A stretch of 64,000 bases of DNA from a cyanobacterium endosymbiont of Rhopalodia gibba (GCA_045159875.1 CP067995.1:576001-640000); one strand, 5' to 3'; shown: positions 11,188-22,230, counted from the first letter of the stretch. Numbers and translations: made by a program. The notes: generated by a model not told the origin, from the letters alone.

Positions 11188-13235
11188 AATGCATCCTAAA
11201 ATTCTATTATTAGAATAGCATTTCTACACAAAATAAGTATCAAAATCTCTACTTTAGAGACCGTTCATAACGTATACATTGAAAATATTGTAGGGTGTAT
11301 TATCTTATTTTGATACAAAAAAGATTGTTAACAAAAAAAATTTAGGAATTCTATTGATACAAAAAATAGAAATCTTAGTTTTCTATTTTAGATAAAGAAA
11401 CAAGACTAATTTAAAATTAATTAAGCACAAATACTTATGGTTAAAATAGATAAAATACAGAAAATGGATTTAAATTATCCTCTTTTTAGGTTTAAAAAAT
11501 GTTTAATCTCTAAAAATATAAAATTCTCTCAAAGAGTTTTACTATTAACATCTTGCCGTCAAAGTTAATTTTATTAATTTTTATTTAATTAAATAATTTA
11601 CTAGATAAAAGGAAATAATTAGATGTTGTCTATATAATACGAGATATGATAATGGCTGTAATTTGTTTTTAACAAGTATTAAAATTTAATAATAAAGAGA
11701 TAAATACAAGCTAATATTTTTAGGTTTTTAGAATTTTTAAAAATTTTCTACTTGTAACAAGTATATACAAATCTTGTCTCAATTTATTTAGATATAAACA
11801 AGGTTTTTAAAATTTAAAAATTCTTAATAATATTTAAAATAGATTAAATTTTCAATTTTTATAAAAAAGTTTTATCAATTAAGATAACAATATTTTATTG
11901 CCATTTTAGTCGAATGATTACATTAATAATTTAATTTTTTTTATCAAAATCATAAATTTAAATTTAACTGCGAAATCAGATTAAAAGACTGAGTAAACCT
12001 GTAAAAAGTTATCTATAAAAATATGGTTTTTCATTAATCTATTCTCAGTTATAAAATACCTAAAGACAAATCAATATCTTATATATGCAAACAGATACAA
12101 GATGCGTTATTAAAATATGATTTACTTTTTGTAAAAAAAATTAGTATGCAGTAAAAAATTTTAATAAAGCTAAAAAATAATGGTTTATCAGAATATTTTT
12201 GTTACTAACAATAAATGAAATAAAAAAAATAGAAAAAACAATAATCAGTTTTAGACTAAAAAAAGTATTAAATAAAGATAATAACATTCTTAAAAATCAA
12301 GAATCTAATTTAGAAAATAGTGTTAGAAATACACAACAGCATTTATCAAAAAGACTACTCGCTTTAATCTGGTTCATTTTTATCTTGTATTACGTCTTTT
12401 TATTAGTAAATAAGCTAGATTAAAAAGTCTGAATAAAATTAGAGAAAAGAAACCCTTTTATAAGATAAAAAAATAAAGCTTCAGTTAAATATGAATAGTT
12501 TAAAGATTAGTCATGATTATCTATATATCTAATACTAGAAAGTGAGCAAAATAAATTAACTAATTAATAATTTTCAAAATCCCTAGTTTATACAAAAAAA
12601 TGATTAGCTATGTTTTTTATATAAAAATTTATATAATAAAAATATATTTTAAAAAAAATATTTTTTTTAAAGTTACTTCTCTGGTTTAATAAAAGAATTG
12701 AGTTCTTTTATTCTTCACAATAAGAATGACTAAGTTAAATTCTTATAAAATCTAATTAGAAAAATAATTTCTAGATAAATGAGTTAAGAAATATAAGTAT
12801 TATAGTCTTTTTCAAAAAGTGTAAGTATAGATAGAATAAAAAGAACTTAGTCTATGCAAGTAATTTTTACTAGATAAGTAAAATAAATAACAAAAAAATT
12901 ATATAAATATTGATCTTTCCGACTTAAATTACTATTTAATGAACCAGGTCATCATTTTTTCTCATTATCTATCAATTTGCACCACAACTCTTAAATTAGG
13001 AACTTAATTTTTCAGTATCTTGGTTTCGTTCTACTTTAGTGGGAGAATTTCTTAATTAAATGAACGATTTTAAATATTCTTTGATTTTCTTAAATAAGGA
13101 ATTTGTAGAGCTTTCTATTGACAAAATGAACCAATTTCAAAAAATTGAAGAGCGAATTACCCAATCCATTGAGTAATTACGTCCTAAATGTTTTGAATTT
13201 AGATCATCTGATCGAAACTGAGACACTGACAATCT

Positions 13236-13283
13236 CAGCTTTTTGTTAGGGTTGCGCCTAAAGCGCAACCCAACAAAAAGCTG
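13236..13283 (-). terminator. Strong hairpin closing the minus-strand nif arm
   Basis: cagctttttgtt-a-gggttgcgc ctaaa gcgcaaccc-aacaaaaagctg immediately 3' of the fdxB stop. Confidence 0.8.
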
Positions 13284-13285
13284 TG

Positions 13286-13570
13286 CTAGGCAGGAGCGTG
13301 AGCATAGCAGTTTTTAGGACAGATGCGAGCGCAAGCTTCACAACCAATGCAATTTTCCTTATTAGCAATTGTCATAACTTGACGTTCGATATCGTCTTCA
13401 TCTTCATCTTCGTCAACGAATTCTCCGTCTTCATTAACCCCCATTAAGGCTAATACTTTCTGACCACAGACTTTAAAACAACGTCCACAACCCAGACAAG
13501 TATCTTTGTTGATAGAGTTAACAAATTGAGGAATCCATTCAAGTCCACCAAAAGTTAAAGCAGTTGCCAT
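13286..13570 (-). CDS. fdxB: Ferredoxin III, nif-specific 2x[4Fe-4S]
   Basis: [11 protein letters not shown] and [12 protein letters not shown] with acidic linker. Confidence 0.92.
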   Translation of the reverse strand: MATALTFGGLEWIPQFVNSINKDTCLGCGRCFKVCGQKVLALMGVNEDGEFVDEDEDEDDIERQVMTIANKENCIGCEACARICPKNCYAHAPA

Positions 13571-13584
13571 GTGTGTTCTCCTTT

Positions 13585-15534
13585 TTAAGATAATTTTGGC
13601 TTTGAGTGATCCTCGCTAGTTAACCGTAAAGGTTCACTAGGCGAGTATTCAAGGGTATGATATCCGCTTGAATTCTGTAATAGCAGCAGACGCTGCGGAT
13701 GAAGCTGAACCCGCCAAGGAAAAGGGCGATCTTTGAGTTGCTGCCATTTGTCCTTCAACACCTCCACTTGTAAGTGGTAATCGTAGGGACTGGTAGGAGC
13801 GCAATTCAGCTTTAAATAAAGAGTCATCCGATGTTGGGTTTCACTAATGGTGGTTAACCAACAGGGGAAAACATTAATGTCGTGAAGGGGAGAAAATCTT
13901 TCAATATCAGGAAAAGTCAGTTGATGAGCGCGAATCCCTACATGGACTAAATTCGAGTCAATGGGATCAAATACCTCAAGGGTGCATCCCCAGTCAATAG
14001 CCGTAATTTTGTATTGGGCAACTTGTCTGACGCGGGAAAAATTCTTACAGCCAGTCAATTGAGCAACCCTAAAGCTTTGGGGATGTTCAAAAATCCCTTG
14101 TTTGGGTCCTTGAGCAATAATTTTTCCTTCTTCGAGAATCAAAAGATTAGGACAAACTCGATATGCTTCCTCTAGGTTATGAGTGACAAATAAGGTAACA
14201 CCTTGATAACGAATCAAACTAGTCCTGAGAAGTTTTTCTAGTTGATCTCGTAAGTAGGTGTCCAGAGCAGAAAATGGTTCATCAAGTAGCAATATTTCTG
14301 GTTCGCTGGCTAAGGCACGGGCTAGAGCAATTCTTTGTTGTTGTCCTCCTGAAAGTTCTGTTGGATAGCGACCACCTAACGCATCCAATTGAACATTGCT
14401 CAAATGCTTCTTAATCCTAGCGCGAGTGGCACTTACCGAGAGTCCTTTAGGTAAACCAAAAGCAATATTCTGAGCAACTGTGAGATGGGGAAACAAGGCA
14501 TAATTTTGGAACAGATAACCCACGCGACGCTCATGAATGGGTATATTAATCCCCTGACGAGAATCAAATAAAACCCGGCCATTCAGGATAATCCGACCGC
14601 GATCAGGAGTCTCTAACCCTGTTATACAGCGTAAAATCATGCTTTTTCCTGCCCCAGAAGCCCCTAATAACCCCAAGGGAAGTCCATCGGTATGAAAAGA
14701 CACATCTAACAAAAATCCAGGTAATTGCTTCTGAATGTCAACAATTAGCTCAATTTGCGCTTTTGGCACCGGATAATCCGTAGTGTTCCAAGTTAAACCT
14801 AATGCATCAGGATCGAGGTTTTCTCTTAACAAGTTGGGTTGTTTTAAAGAGGTTGTTCCTTTGCTTTTTTGTTTGGGCTGCCTATCAGACCAATAACTAA
14901 CAATACTCATGATGCTAAGGGACAACACTAAGATGATCCCAACCCAAGCCAATGCCTGATTCATTGCTCCACTTTCGGCGGCAAAAAAGATGGCAATGGG
15001 AATTGTCTGGGTTTTCCCTGGAATACTACCAGCTAACATTAAAGTTGCCCCAAATTCTCCCAACGCTCTGGTAAAAGCCAATAAAATCCCAGCAATAAGG
15101 CCAGGTTTCGCTAGGGGTAGCAAGATTTGCCAGAAAACTCGTTCTTCTGATGCTCCTAGCGTTCTAGCACTGGCTAACAAATTGGTGTCAATTTGTCTGA
15201 AGGACCCTAACATGGTTTTATACATTAATGGAAAGGCAACAACAACTGAGGCGATAACAGTAGCATACCAGGTGAAAATGACACTAATATTGAATAAAGC
15301 CAACAACTGTCCAATCGGTCCTTGCTTGCCTAACAAGAGTAATAAGACAAACCCCATTACCGTAGGGGGCAGTACCAAAGGAGCAGTTAATAACCCATCA
15401 ATTAAACCTTTCCCTACTCCCCGATATTTGAACATCCAACGGGCTGCAGTCACACCGCAAAAGGAGGCAATCAGTGTTGCTGTTAAGGCTGTTTTTGAGG
15501 AAATCCATACCGGAGAGAGGTCAAGATGCATCAT
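13585..15534 (-). CDS. modB: Fused molybdate ABC permease + ATPase (ModBC)
   Basis: [27 protein letters not shown] (ModB); [27 protein letters not shown] (ModC). Confidence 0.92.
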   Translation of the reverse strand: MMHLDLSPVWISSKTALTATLIASFCGVTAARWMFKYRGVGKGLIDGLLTAPLVLPPTVMGFVLLLLLGKQGPIGQLLALFNISVIFTWYATVIASVVVAFPLMYKTMLGSFRQIDTNLLASARTLGASEERVFWQILLPLAKPGLIAGILLAFTRALGEFGATLMLAGSIPGKTQTIPIAIFFAAESGAMNQALAWVGIILVLSLSIMSIVSYWSDRQPKQKSKGTTSLKQPNLLRENLDPDALGLTWNTTDYPVPKAQIELIVDIQKQLPGFLLDVSFHTDGLPLGLLGASGAGKSMILRCITGLETPDRGRIILNGRVLFDSRQGINIPIHERRVGYLFQNYALFPHLTVAQNIAFGLPKGLSVSATRARIKKHLSNVQLDALGGRYPTELSGGQQQRIALARALASEPEILLLDEPFSALDTYLRDQLEKLLRTSLIRYQGVTLFVTHNLEEAYRVCPNLLILEEGKIIAQGPKQGIFEHPQSFRVAQLTGCKNFSRVRQVAQYKITAIDWGCTLEVFDPIDSNLVHVGIRAHQLTFPDIERFSPLHDINVFPCWLTTISETQHRMTLYLKLNCAPTSPYDYHLQVEVLKDKWQQLKDRPFPWRVQLHPQRLLLLQNSSGYHTLEYSPSEPLRLTSEDHSKPKLS

Positions 15535-15609
15535 AATTTTTGCTTTTTACTTTTTACCCGTAATTGAGCATTGCCCATCCCATAATTAATGGAGGTGCTT
15601 AACTGTCTT

Positions 15610-15861
15610 CTACCGAGTTCGTCTTACATAAATGGCACGGGCTAAGGTACGATCAATGGCAATTCGCATTTCTCCAACTTTAATAACATATGAAGGAAAT
15701 CGCTGTTCTAAGGTAATTTTAAGTCCAGGCATAATACCCATAGCGATCAGTTTTCGCAAGAGACTCTCATCATTCTTTCTGAATTGAGTAATAATCCCTG
15801 TATCCTTCTCTTTGAGAAGATTTAGAGCTAAAGACTCAACGGTGAAACTTTGGGCAAACAT
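15610..15861 (-). CDS. feoA: Ferrous iron transport protein A
   Basis: LRKLIAMGIMPG...IAIDRTLARAIYV SH3-like FeoA motif; adjacent to feoB. Confidence 0.9.
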   Translation of the reverse strand: MFAQSFTVESLALNLLKEKDTGIITQFRKNDESLLRKLIAMGIMPGLKITLEQRFPSYVIKVGEMRIAIDRTLARAIYVRRTR

Positions 15862-15862
15862 T

Positions 15863-17329
15863 TTAGAACGTGACCTCCAGAATGGATAAGAGTTGATTGA
15901 GCAAATACCCCATTAAAAAGGCAAGTACAATAACAAAACTTGTCATGGCTAGAGTAATTTTAAGTCCGTGTTGTTTTAAAATTAATTGGAATTGAGTCAG
16001 ACAGGGAATAAATAGAGTTAAGGTAACTGCCGCTACGATCAATTGACGACCCATCAAAACACCTGAGCGATGAAGGTCAAACATAGCTGCAGCCCCATAG
16101 TCTCGGCGAAAAAATCCGTAAAGAAAAATGGAGGAAGTTGCGGGAGGAAGTCCTAACCAAATCATGATTGGCTCTAACTCTTTGAGCAATATTTCAAAGA
16201 GTCCAGACAGTTTTCCTAGCCAAATTAATACTGATACTAAAATGGATATGTGAATAATTTCCTTTAAATACCATAGAGTTCTTCCATAAGTTTTGCTCAA
16301 AATAGACTGAACTCTAGGTATCCTTAATGGGGGAATTTCTAGATAAAAACAGGCACTATCACCAGGTAGTATCTTGGCGGTTAATAACCCTACGATAACA
16401 AAGATAAAACTAATTGTTCCCACCCAAACAATTAGAGCAGTAGGACTTTGAGACAGTAACCCCAAAATAACTCCTAATTGAGGCGAACAGGGGACAACTA
16501 AGGCTAATAATAGGGTAGCAATCACTCTTTCCCGTTTACTTTCTAAAGTGCGAGTAACAAGAGTAGCCATCGTTCCACATCCTAATCCTAAAACTAGGGG
16601 AGTAATAGAACGTCCTGATAAACCTAAAGCTTTCAATAAGCGATCAGCCAATAGAGAAAGTCGAGGTAAGTAGCCACTATCTTCCAATAGAGAAAACATC
16701 AAAAAGAAAGTAGTTACAATAGGAAAAATAATAGCGATAACATATCTTAATCCTAAGGTAATAATGCCATGCTCATTAGCAATTAAATTTTGCAAAATTG
16801 TCCAGGGCAAGAGAGCCGCAGTTATCTGATTAATCAGAGGGTTAATAGTTTTAGTGAAAAAACCTTCGAGATTACTGACTAATACTCCTACGCCAAAGCT
16901 ACCAATAAATTGATAGATTCCAAAATAAAAAATAATTATTGCTAGGGGAAAGCCCGTAATGGGATTCACAGTCAACTGATGGAAAAATTCCTCACTTTCC
17001 TGGGATTTTTTCTTTATATTAACCACCGATGATTCTGCTATTTTCCTAGATAATTGATGACGACTTTTTGCAACTACTAACACCAGAGGATCACTAAACT
17101 GAGACCTAACATAATCAATAACAGTTTGAATTTCTGGAAAATGGGGCTCTAGTTTTTTGGCTTTTTCCCAAAAAATGGGATCTCCTTGAATAAGTAATAG
17201 GGCCAAACTACGCTTCGCAATCGGATATTTACACGAACTAGAAGACCCTTGATGATCTTGTATCAGCAGGGACTCAATTCTTGTCAGCCCTTCTTCAATA
17301 GCTGTAGGATAGCGCAGGAGTGGTGACAT
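15863..17329 (-). CDS. feoB: FeoB membrane domain (C-terminal part)
   Basis: LEDSGYLPRL, LGLGCGT, VPCSPQLG, FYLEIPPLRIP, LFIPC. Confidence 0.88.
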   Translation of the reverse strand: MSPLLRYPTAIEEGLTRIESLLIQDHQGSSSSCKYPIAKRSLALLLIQGDPIFWEKAKKLEPHFPEIQTVIDYVRSQFSDPLVLVVAKSRHQLSRKIAESSVVNIKKKSQESEEFFHQLTVNPITGFPLAIIIFYFGIYQFIGSFGVGVLVSNLEGFFTKTINPLINQITAALLPWTILQNLIANEHGIITLGLRYVIAIIFPIVTTFFLMFSLLEDSGYLPRLSLLADRLLKALGLSGRSITPLVLGLGCGTMATLVTRTLESKRERVIATLLLALVVPCSPQLGVILGLLSQSPTALIVWVGTISFIFVIVGLLTAKILPGDSACFYLEIPPLRIPRVQSILSKTYGRTLWYLKEIIHISILVSVLIWLGKLSGLFEILLKELEPIMIWLGLPPATSSIFLYGFFRRDYGAAAMFDLHRSGVLMGRQLIVAAVTLTLFIPCLTQFQLILKQHGLKITLAMTSFVIVLAFLMGYLLNQLLSILEVTF

Positions 17330-17927
17330 AATTACCGATCTTGGCTTTTAACGTTTGAATGCCTCTTTTTTGGTAGGCTGATAGGGTGATAACAGGAATA
17401 CCGAGAGAGGCTTCTAATTGTTTTTCATTGACCCAAATTCCCAATTTTTCAGCTTCATCAAGCATATTGACTGCCAATAAAACCGGAAGTTGAATTTCCA
17501 TGAGTTGAAATGTCAAAGCTAACATTCGACTGAGATGTTTAGCATCAATAACATGAATAACTAAATCAATCGATTCTGTTAATAAAAAATCCCGAGAACA
17601 CTGTTCTTCTTCTGTCATGGGAATCAAAGAATACATCCCTGGAGTATCAATAATAGATACTGTTTGTCCAGAAATAATTGCCTGACCTTTGGAAATGTCA
17701 ACAGTTGTCCCAGGATAATTAGAAACAGTTGTGTAACTACCTGTCAACAGGTTAAATAGAAGACTCTTTCCCACATTAGGAGAACCGACTAAAGCAATAG
17801 TAGCTCGAGTAGGAATTAAAGGGTTAGAGGATTTTTTGAACTGATTTCTTGTCCAAAAACGATCCCAGATAGCTCTCAATTTACCCGGGGATGTTTGGGA
17901 AAAATCCCGACAGTGATTGCACGTCAT
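17295..17927 (-). CDS. FeoB GTPase domain as a separate ORF
   Basis: GSPNVGKS, NYPGTTVD, DTPGMYSL, NMLDE. Confidence 0.88.
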   Translation of the reverse strand: MTCNHCRDFSQTSPGKLRAIWDRFWTRNQFKKSSNPLIPTRATIALVGSPNVGKSLLFNLLTGSYTTVSNYPGTTVDISKGQAIISGQTVSIIDTPGMYSLIPMTEEEQCSRDFLLTESIDLVIHVIDAKHLSRMLALTFQLMEIQLPVLLAVNMLDEAEKLGIWVNEKQLEASLGIPVITLSAYQKRGIQTLKAKIGNYVTTPALSYSY

Positions 17928-18227
17928 TTTCTATATCTAACTGGAGCTTATTCTCAGGATAGTTAATTTTTGTTTTGTAAACAGTCAATTGAGATACACA
18001 ATACCAAACTAATTTTTTAACAGAGAAAATTATAGCTAAATAGAATATATTTTTGTAGATATTGGGATAATAATTGGAGATAAAACTTATGTAAATTTAA
18101 AAAATGAATAAAAAAAAAGTGGACATTACCTAGTCAACTTACTGTATCCTACAGCGTCACTATATCGGCAAGACTAATTAATATACTTTAGTTAATTAAT
18201 TTCATCGTTTTTTATCTATAGCTGGAA

Positions 18228-18452
18228 TTATTCTTCTACAATCTGACCAGGTTTAAAAAACCAAATAATCCAAATACTTAGCATCAATTTAAGAATAGCT
18301 GAAGTCATCATAAACAATAAAAATATAGCTAAACTTCCTGCCATAATCGCTGCTAGTTTATGAATTTCGTCTTGACCTTTTAATCTAATCCAACTAGCAG
18401 TGATCCCGATAATTAACAATAAACAATAAACAGCAACCATAATTTCTCTCAA
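18228..18452 (-). CDS. Small hypothetical membrane protein
   Basis: 74-aa hydrophobic ORF co-oriented within the nif arm. Confidence 0.55.
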   Translation of the reverse strand: MREIMVAVYCLLLIIGITASWIRLKGQDEIHKLAAIMAGSLAIFLLFMMTSAILKLMLSIWIIWFFKPGQIVEE

Positions 18453-18485
18453 TACTCCAATACTATTAGAGTGATTTAATCTAGT

Positions 18486-18836
18486 CTATATCTGAGGCTC
18501 AATATTAGTGGCAATCCAATACAATTCTAACCAGAGTCTAGGGTTCTTCTTTTTAAGATTAGACATAGGGTCTCTCACAATTCTTGTTGCATTTAGACAA
18601 ACAACTTCAACTAATCCTAAATTCTCGGCAAGTTCTTTCAACTCTTTTTGATATAAAAGAATATTCTTTCCTGTTCTTGCAGAATAATAAATGGCAAGAT
18701 AATGATAGAATTTCTCTTGTCTTTCCGCCCAACTATCAACAACGGTTAAATAACAACAACTCAATAGGTAGGAAATATGAGGATAATACTTATTGACAAG
18801 AGAAACATATTCTTCAAGTAATTTCTCACGAATCAT
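18486..18836 (-). CDS. Hypothetical protein in nif cluster
   Basis: Intact 116-aa ORF overlapping the upstream ORF stop; NATRIVRDPMS..PRLWLELYWI. Confidence 0.75.
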   Translation of the reverse strand: MIREKLLEEYVSLVNKYYPHISYLLSCCYLTVVDSWAERQEKFYHYLAIYYSARTGKNILLYQKELKELAENLGLVEVVCLNATRIVRDPMSNLKKKNPRLWLELYWIATNIEPQI

Positions 18837-19203
18837 TGCTACAATCCCTCCACTTTAAACTATGAGATAGGTCAGAAAATAGAGAAGCTTTAATGCAATG
18901 GTTTTTGATTTTAGTGCATTTGTTAAAAAATACACCCTTATGACTGATACAATCCTTTAGGGGGTACTCAGAAAATTGGAAAGCTACCTCATTAATAGGA
19001 CAGTCTTCGCTTATTTTTGGACAAAATTTAGGTTTAAGGCAAGATAGTTTAACAGTTTTGTGATTTTTTCGAGATAATTCTAATTCTTGTCCAAAAAGAA
19101 ACTCACTATAGTCTGCTACATTATCCAGACCCAACAAATTGAGCAAAATCTCTCCCATCATCCAAAATGTTGTTTTGAAGACAAATGTTTTCCATTTGAG
19201 CAT
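18826..19203 (-). CDS. Hypothetical Cys-rich protein in nif cluster
   Basis: Intact 125-aa ORF; EILLNLLGLDNVADYSEF followed by several Cys. Confidence 0.7.
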   Translation of the reverse strand: MLKWKTFVFKTTFWMMGEILLNLLGLDNVADYSEFLFGQELELSRKNHKTVKLSCLKPKFCPKISEDCPINEVAFQFSEYPLKDCISHKGVFFNKCTKIKNHCIKASLFSDLSHSLKWRDCSNDS

Positions 19204-19350
19204 AGCCGAACCTCAGCAAAAATTCGTGCATCGTGTCCATAATACATGACTCCTAAAATAGGATAGAAGGGGGAAAAAGTCGCAGAATTCTAAGAATAAA
19301 CTACGACTCCAACAGCAGATGATAAGAATAAAACTAGAAAAGACGATAAC

Positions 19351-19692
19351 TTACCCTAAGTAAGGTTCCTGATGAGTTTTAATCGTACAATCAGAGCGAG
19401 GATAAGCTACACAAAGAAGCACCCATCCTTTCTCAATTTGTTCATCATCCAAAAAGCTTTGATCTTCTTGATCAACTTCTCCCTCTACCATTCTGCCAAC
19501 ACAGCTAGAACAACCTCCTGAGCGGCAAGAAGAAGGTAACTCGATATCGTTTTCTTCAGCAAAATCCAGAATATACTGATCCTCTGGGACTTCTAAAGTT
19601 ATGTCCATTTCCGCAACTTCTTCTTTCTTACCCGTCTCTTTATTTTTTCTTTTGGCAACTTTCATGAGACGAACTTTATATGTAGTAGTCAT
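19351..19692 (-). CDS. fdxH: Nif-associated plant-type [2Fe-2S] ferredoxin
   Basis: [36 protein letters not shown]; follows hesB. Confidence 0.92.
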   Translation of the reverse strand: MTTTYKVRLMKVAKRKNKETGKKEEVAEMDITLEVPEDQYILDFAEENDIELPSSCRSGGCSSCVGRMVEGEVDQEDQSFLDDEQIEKGWVLLCVAYPRSDCTIKTHQEPYLG

Positions 19693-19734
19693 GTGTGTTC
19701 TCCTCCATTTAAGAACAGTAATTGGAAACTTGAA

Positions 19735-20094
19735 TTAGCTACAAGAGGTGGCTTTACTACCACAATCTCTTGATGAGAAAGACTTGCCACACCCACAGGT
19801 ATCTCCAGCATTAGGATTAGTAAAGATAAATCCGCTTTGGGTTAAACTGTCCACAAAATCAATTACCACCCCCTTGAGAAGAGGGAAACTTTGGGAATTA
19901 ACATAAATAGGAACATTTTCTTGCTCAAAAAAGATATCCTGAGCGTCTGGCTGTTTGACTAGATTGAGGGTGTATTCATGGCCACCACAGCCTCCATCTT
20001 TTATCCCAACACGAATCCCGGTTACTTTAGCTCCTTTCTCTTCTAAGAAGGTACGAAGTCTAAAAGCCGCTTTTTCAGTTAAACTAACTGTCAT
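19735..20094 (-). CDS. hesB: HesB/IscA A-type Fe-S carrier
   Basis: GGCGG and NPNAGDTCGCGKSF. Confidence 0.93.
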   Translation of the reverse strand: MTVSLTEKAAFRLRTFLEEKGAKVTGIRVGIKDGGCGGHEYTLNLVKQPDAQDIFFEQENVPIYVNSQSFPLLKGVVIDFVDSLTQSGFIFTNPNAGDTCGCGKSFSSRDCGSKATSCS

Positions 20095-20216
20095 AATTTA
20101 TCTCCACGTTTGATAGTTGCCGACTGTAAAGCTATATTCTCTGCTTACTGTTCATTACTCACTACCTAGAGTGCTCACTCTCGGTGTGTTTTGGTTGATT
20201 ATCCCAGTCAAGTTTT

Positions 20217-20960
20217 CTAGGTTAAATCACCACAAACCGGACAGTCAGGATCATGATAAGGACGACGTTTAGCAAAGGTGGTACTCGCAAAATCCATGGT
20301 CAATAATTGTCCTGTCAATGGCTGTCCTAGCCCCGTAATTAGTTTCACAGCCTCTAAGGCGGCTAAACAAGCTAGGGTTCCTGAAACAGCCCCTAACACC
20401 CCAAATCCCCAACGGTCCCAAGTTGGTTTCTCAGGAAAAATACAGGACAAACAGGGGGTTTCCCCAGGAATAACCGTGGTTAAGTAGGCTTCCATCTCAC
20501 TCATAGCCGCTTCCACCATTGGAATTTTCTGTCGCACACAGGCGGCATTTAGGGCTTCACGTTCGTTAAAGTCAAAGGCACAGTCGAGGGCAATGTCGGC
20601 TTGTTGTATCAGATTATGGACATTCTCTGGGGTTACAAATTCGGGTATAGCCTCAATTTCTACATCAGGATTGATTTCTAAAAGAGTTGTTTTGGCCTTG
20701 AATACCCTCGGTTTTCCTACCCAATCATCGGTCATCAAAATCTGACGGTTTAGGTCTTCTCGGCGAAGATTGCCCCCTCGAACTAGAACTAACTTGCCTA
20801 TTCCCGCGACAGCTAAGTAAAGGGCAACAGTTCCACCGAGCCCCCCTACTCCTGTAACAACAGCAGTAGTGGATTTTAGTTTCTTCTGCCCTTTCTCACC
20901 AAAGCCGTCTAATTGCATTTGACGAGAATAACGTTCTAATTCAATGGGGGTCAGTTCCAT
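20217..20960 (-). CDS. hesA: HesA (MoeB/ThiF family)
   Basis: ERYSRQM, GVGGLG, LNRQIL, CLSC, CPVC; between nifW and hesB. Confidence 0.93.
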   Translation of the reverse strand: MELTPIELERYSRQMQLDGFGEKGQKKLKSTTAVVTGVGGLGGTVALYLAVAGIGKLVLVRGGNLRREDLNRQILMTDDWVGKPRVFKAKTTLLEINPDVEIEAIPEFVTPENVHNLIQQADIALDCAFDFNEREALNAACVRQKIPMVEAAMSEMEAYLTTVIPGETPCLSCIFPEKPTWDRWGFGVLGAVSGTLACLAALEAVKLITGLGQPLTGQLLTMDFASTTFAKRRPYHDPDCPVCGDLT

Positions 20961-20968
20961 AATGTTTC

Positions 20969-21304
20969 TTAATCCTCAATGTCCTTAGCTAAATCGTCAA
21001 GTAAGACTACGTTTTTAGGAGCGTCTTTGAAGACCTTAAATAGCTTAGTTTCTAGAGGACTAGAAGTTTTGAACAACTCATAAGCTTCTTGAAAAGCTTC
21101 ACCATACTTAGCTAACTTTTCCGATTCGCTGATATTAGTAAACGCCTTATCAACGGCGGCAATAAGGATGGAAAATTGCTTCAAAATATGAAGACGATTA
21201 ACATTAACAAAACCGGGTTCATATTTAATTTCAAAAAATTGCAAAAAGTCTTCTGCATTAGTTAATTTAGAAAACTGTTCGTAAGTCTTTTCTGTACCAG
21301 CCAT
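20969..21304 (-). CDS. nifW: Nitrogenase-stabilising protein NifW
   Basis: AEDFLQFFEI, VNVNRLHILKQF, KLFKVF. Confidence 0.93.
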   Translation of the reverse strand: MAGTEKTYEQFSKLTNAEDFLQFFEIKYEPGFVNVNRLHILKQFSILIAAVDKAFTNISESEKLAKYGEAFQEAYELFKTSSPLETKLFKVFKDAPKNVVLLDDLAKDIED

Positions 21305-21305
21305 T

Positions 21306-21536
21306 TCAGAGTTCCTCCCAGATTTTGAGTTGTTTTTTTAGTCGATCTAGTTCAAAATAAATATCGTAAGTTTTCTGAGCCATCTCTAGCAAGGTTTTGT
21401 AATTTATCGGTAAGCCTTCTGCTAGATCGTGCAAATCCATTTTTTGTTGACCCGCTCTGGAATTGAGTCGTTTAATGGATTTCTTGAGAGCTTCTATATC
21501 TTCTGGTGTCGGTTTAGTGGTTGTTGCTTCTCCCAT
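21306..21536 (-). CDS. CCE_0567 family (Rop-like/DUF683) nif protein
   Basis: LNSRAGQQKMDLHDLAEGLP. Confidence 0.88.
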   Translation of the reverse strand: MGEATTTKPTPEDIEALKKSIKRLNSRAGQQKMDLHDLAEGLPINYKTLLEMAQKTYDIYFELDRLKKQLKIWEEL

Positions 21537-21681
21537 TTTCACTTAACTCTTCTTTAACAAACCGTTAGCAATGAACAATTTCCACTTAATTATTGTTCAG
21601 AAAAATTAAAACAGCTATTTCTGATAAATATTCGTCAAAAACTCTTGGTTTAAGAGAATAAATCTTAATAGATTTTAGCCA

Positions 21682-22155
21682 TTAAAACCTTGCTACTTCA
21701 GGAAAACGCTGCACAACTTCGATCCCTGATTGAGTAATTTGTTCTCCTTGAGCTGCTAACCTTTCTAAGGAGTCAAAACCAAAACGATGAGCATCTCTTA
21801 AAGTCCGGCAAACCGTCATTAAACGACCGCTCCAGACTAAAGCCCAACCAAATCCCTCATTATTCAGCTCTACTAATACCTGACATAACTGAGCCGTTTC
21901 TTTCTCAATTAAACTAGCAATAGCACGATAGAAACAAAGAATTCTTAATTTAGTAGCTGGGTCAATATCTCCTTCTAGAGAAATCTCCCGTTTTTGTTTT
22001 TTACTAATTACATAAGGTCCGAGGACTAATTCATTAGTCCAACTTTTATAAACCCCATAGTGATCGTAGGCCCGAATTTGTCGAGCAACCTCTTGTAAGA
22101 AGGGACTATCTGAAACTAAAAGTGTTGACTGTTCTGAATTAGTTTTAGTCGTCAT
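21682..22155 (-). CDS. NifX-associated nitrogen fixation protein (DUF269)
   Basis: RAYDHYG, EGFGWALVWSGRL, LRDAHRFGFDSLE. Confidence 0.9.
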   Translation of the reverse strand: MTTKTNSEQSTLLVSDSPFLQEVARQIRAYDHYGVYKSWTNELVLGPYVISKKQKREISLEGDIDPATKLRILCFYRAIASLIEKETAQLCQVLVELNNEGFGWALVWSGRLMTVCRTLRDAHRFGFDSLERLAAQGEQITQSGIEVVQRFPEVARF

Positions 22156-22230
22156 AGCAACTCCCTGACGTTAATTGATGATCAACAATTGATAGTTAAT
22201 AATGAACTTAAAACTATCCACTATATACTA

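Noticed and set aside
12199..12423. 74-aa ORF in an AT desert (likewise 44977-45162, 55818-56015, 60986-61189)
   Set aside because: K/I/N/L/F-rich low-complexity translations expected by chance in very AT-rich DNA; no motifs
12950..13200. Possible gene remnants here and at about 5550-5960, 50860-51060 and 60950-61400
   Set aside because: Slightly protein-like frames with stops, but no family I can identify; BLASTX is needed
14990..15589. 199-aa plus-strand ORF and other antisense or overlapping ORFs in the track
   Set aside because: Shadow frames of well-supported genes such as modBC, ndhK, nifE/N/K and polA
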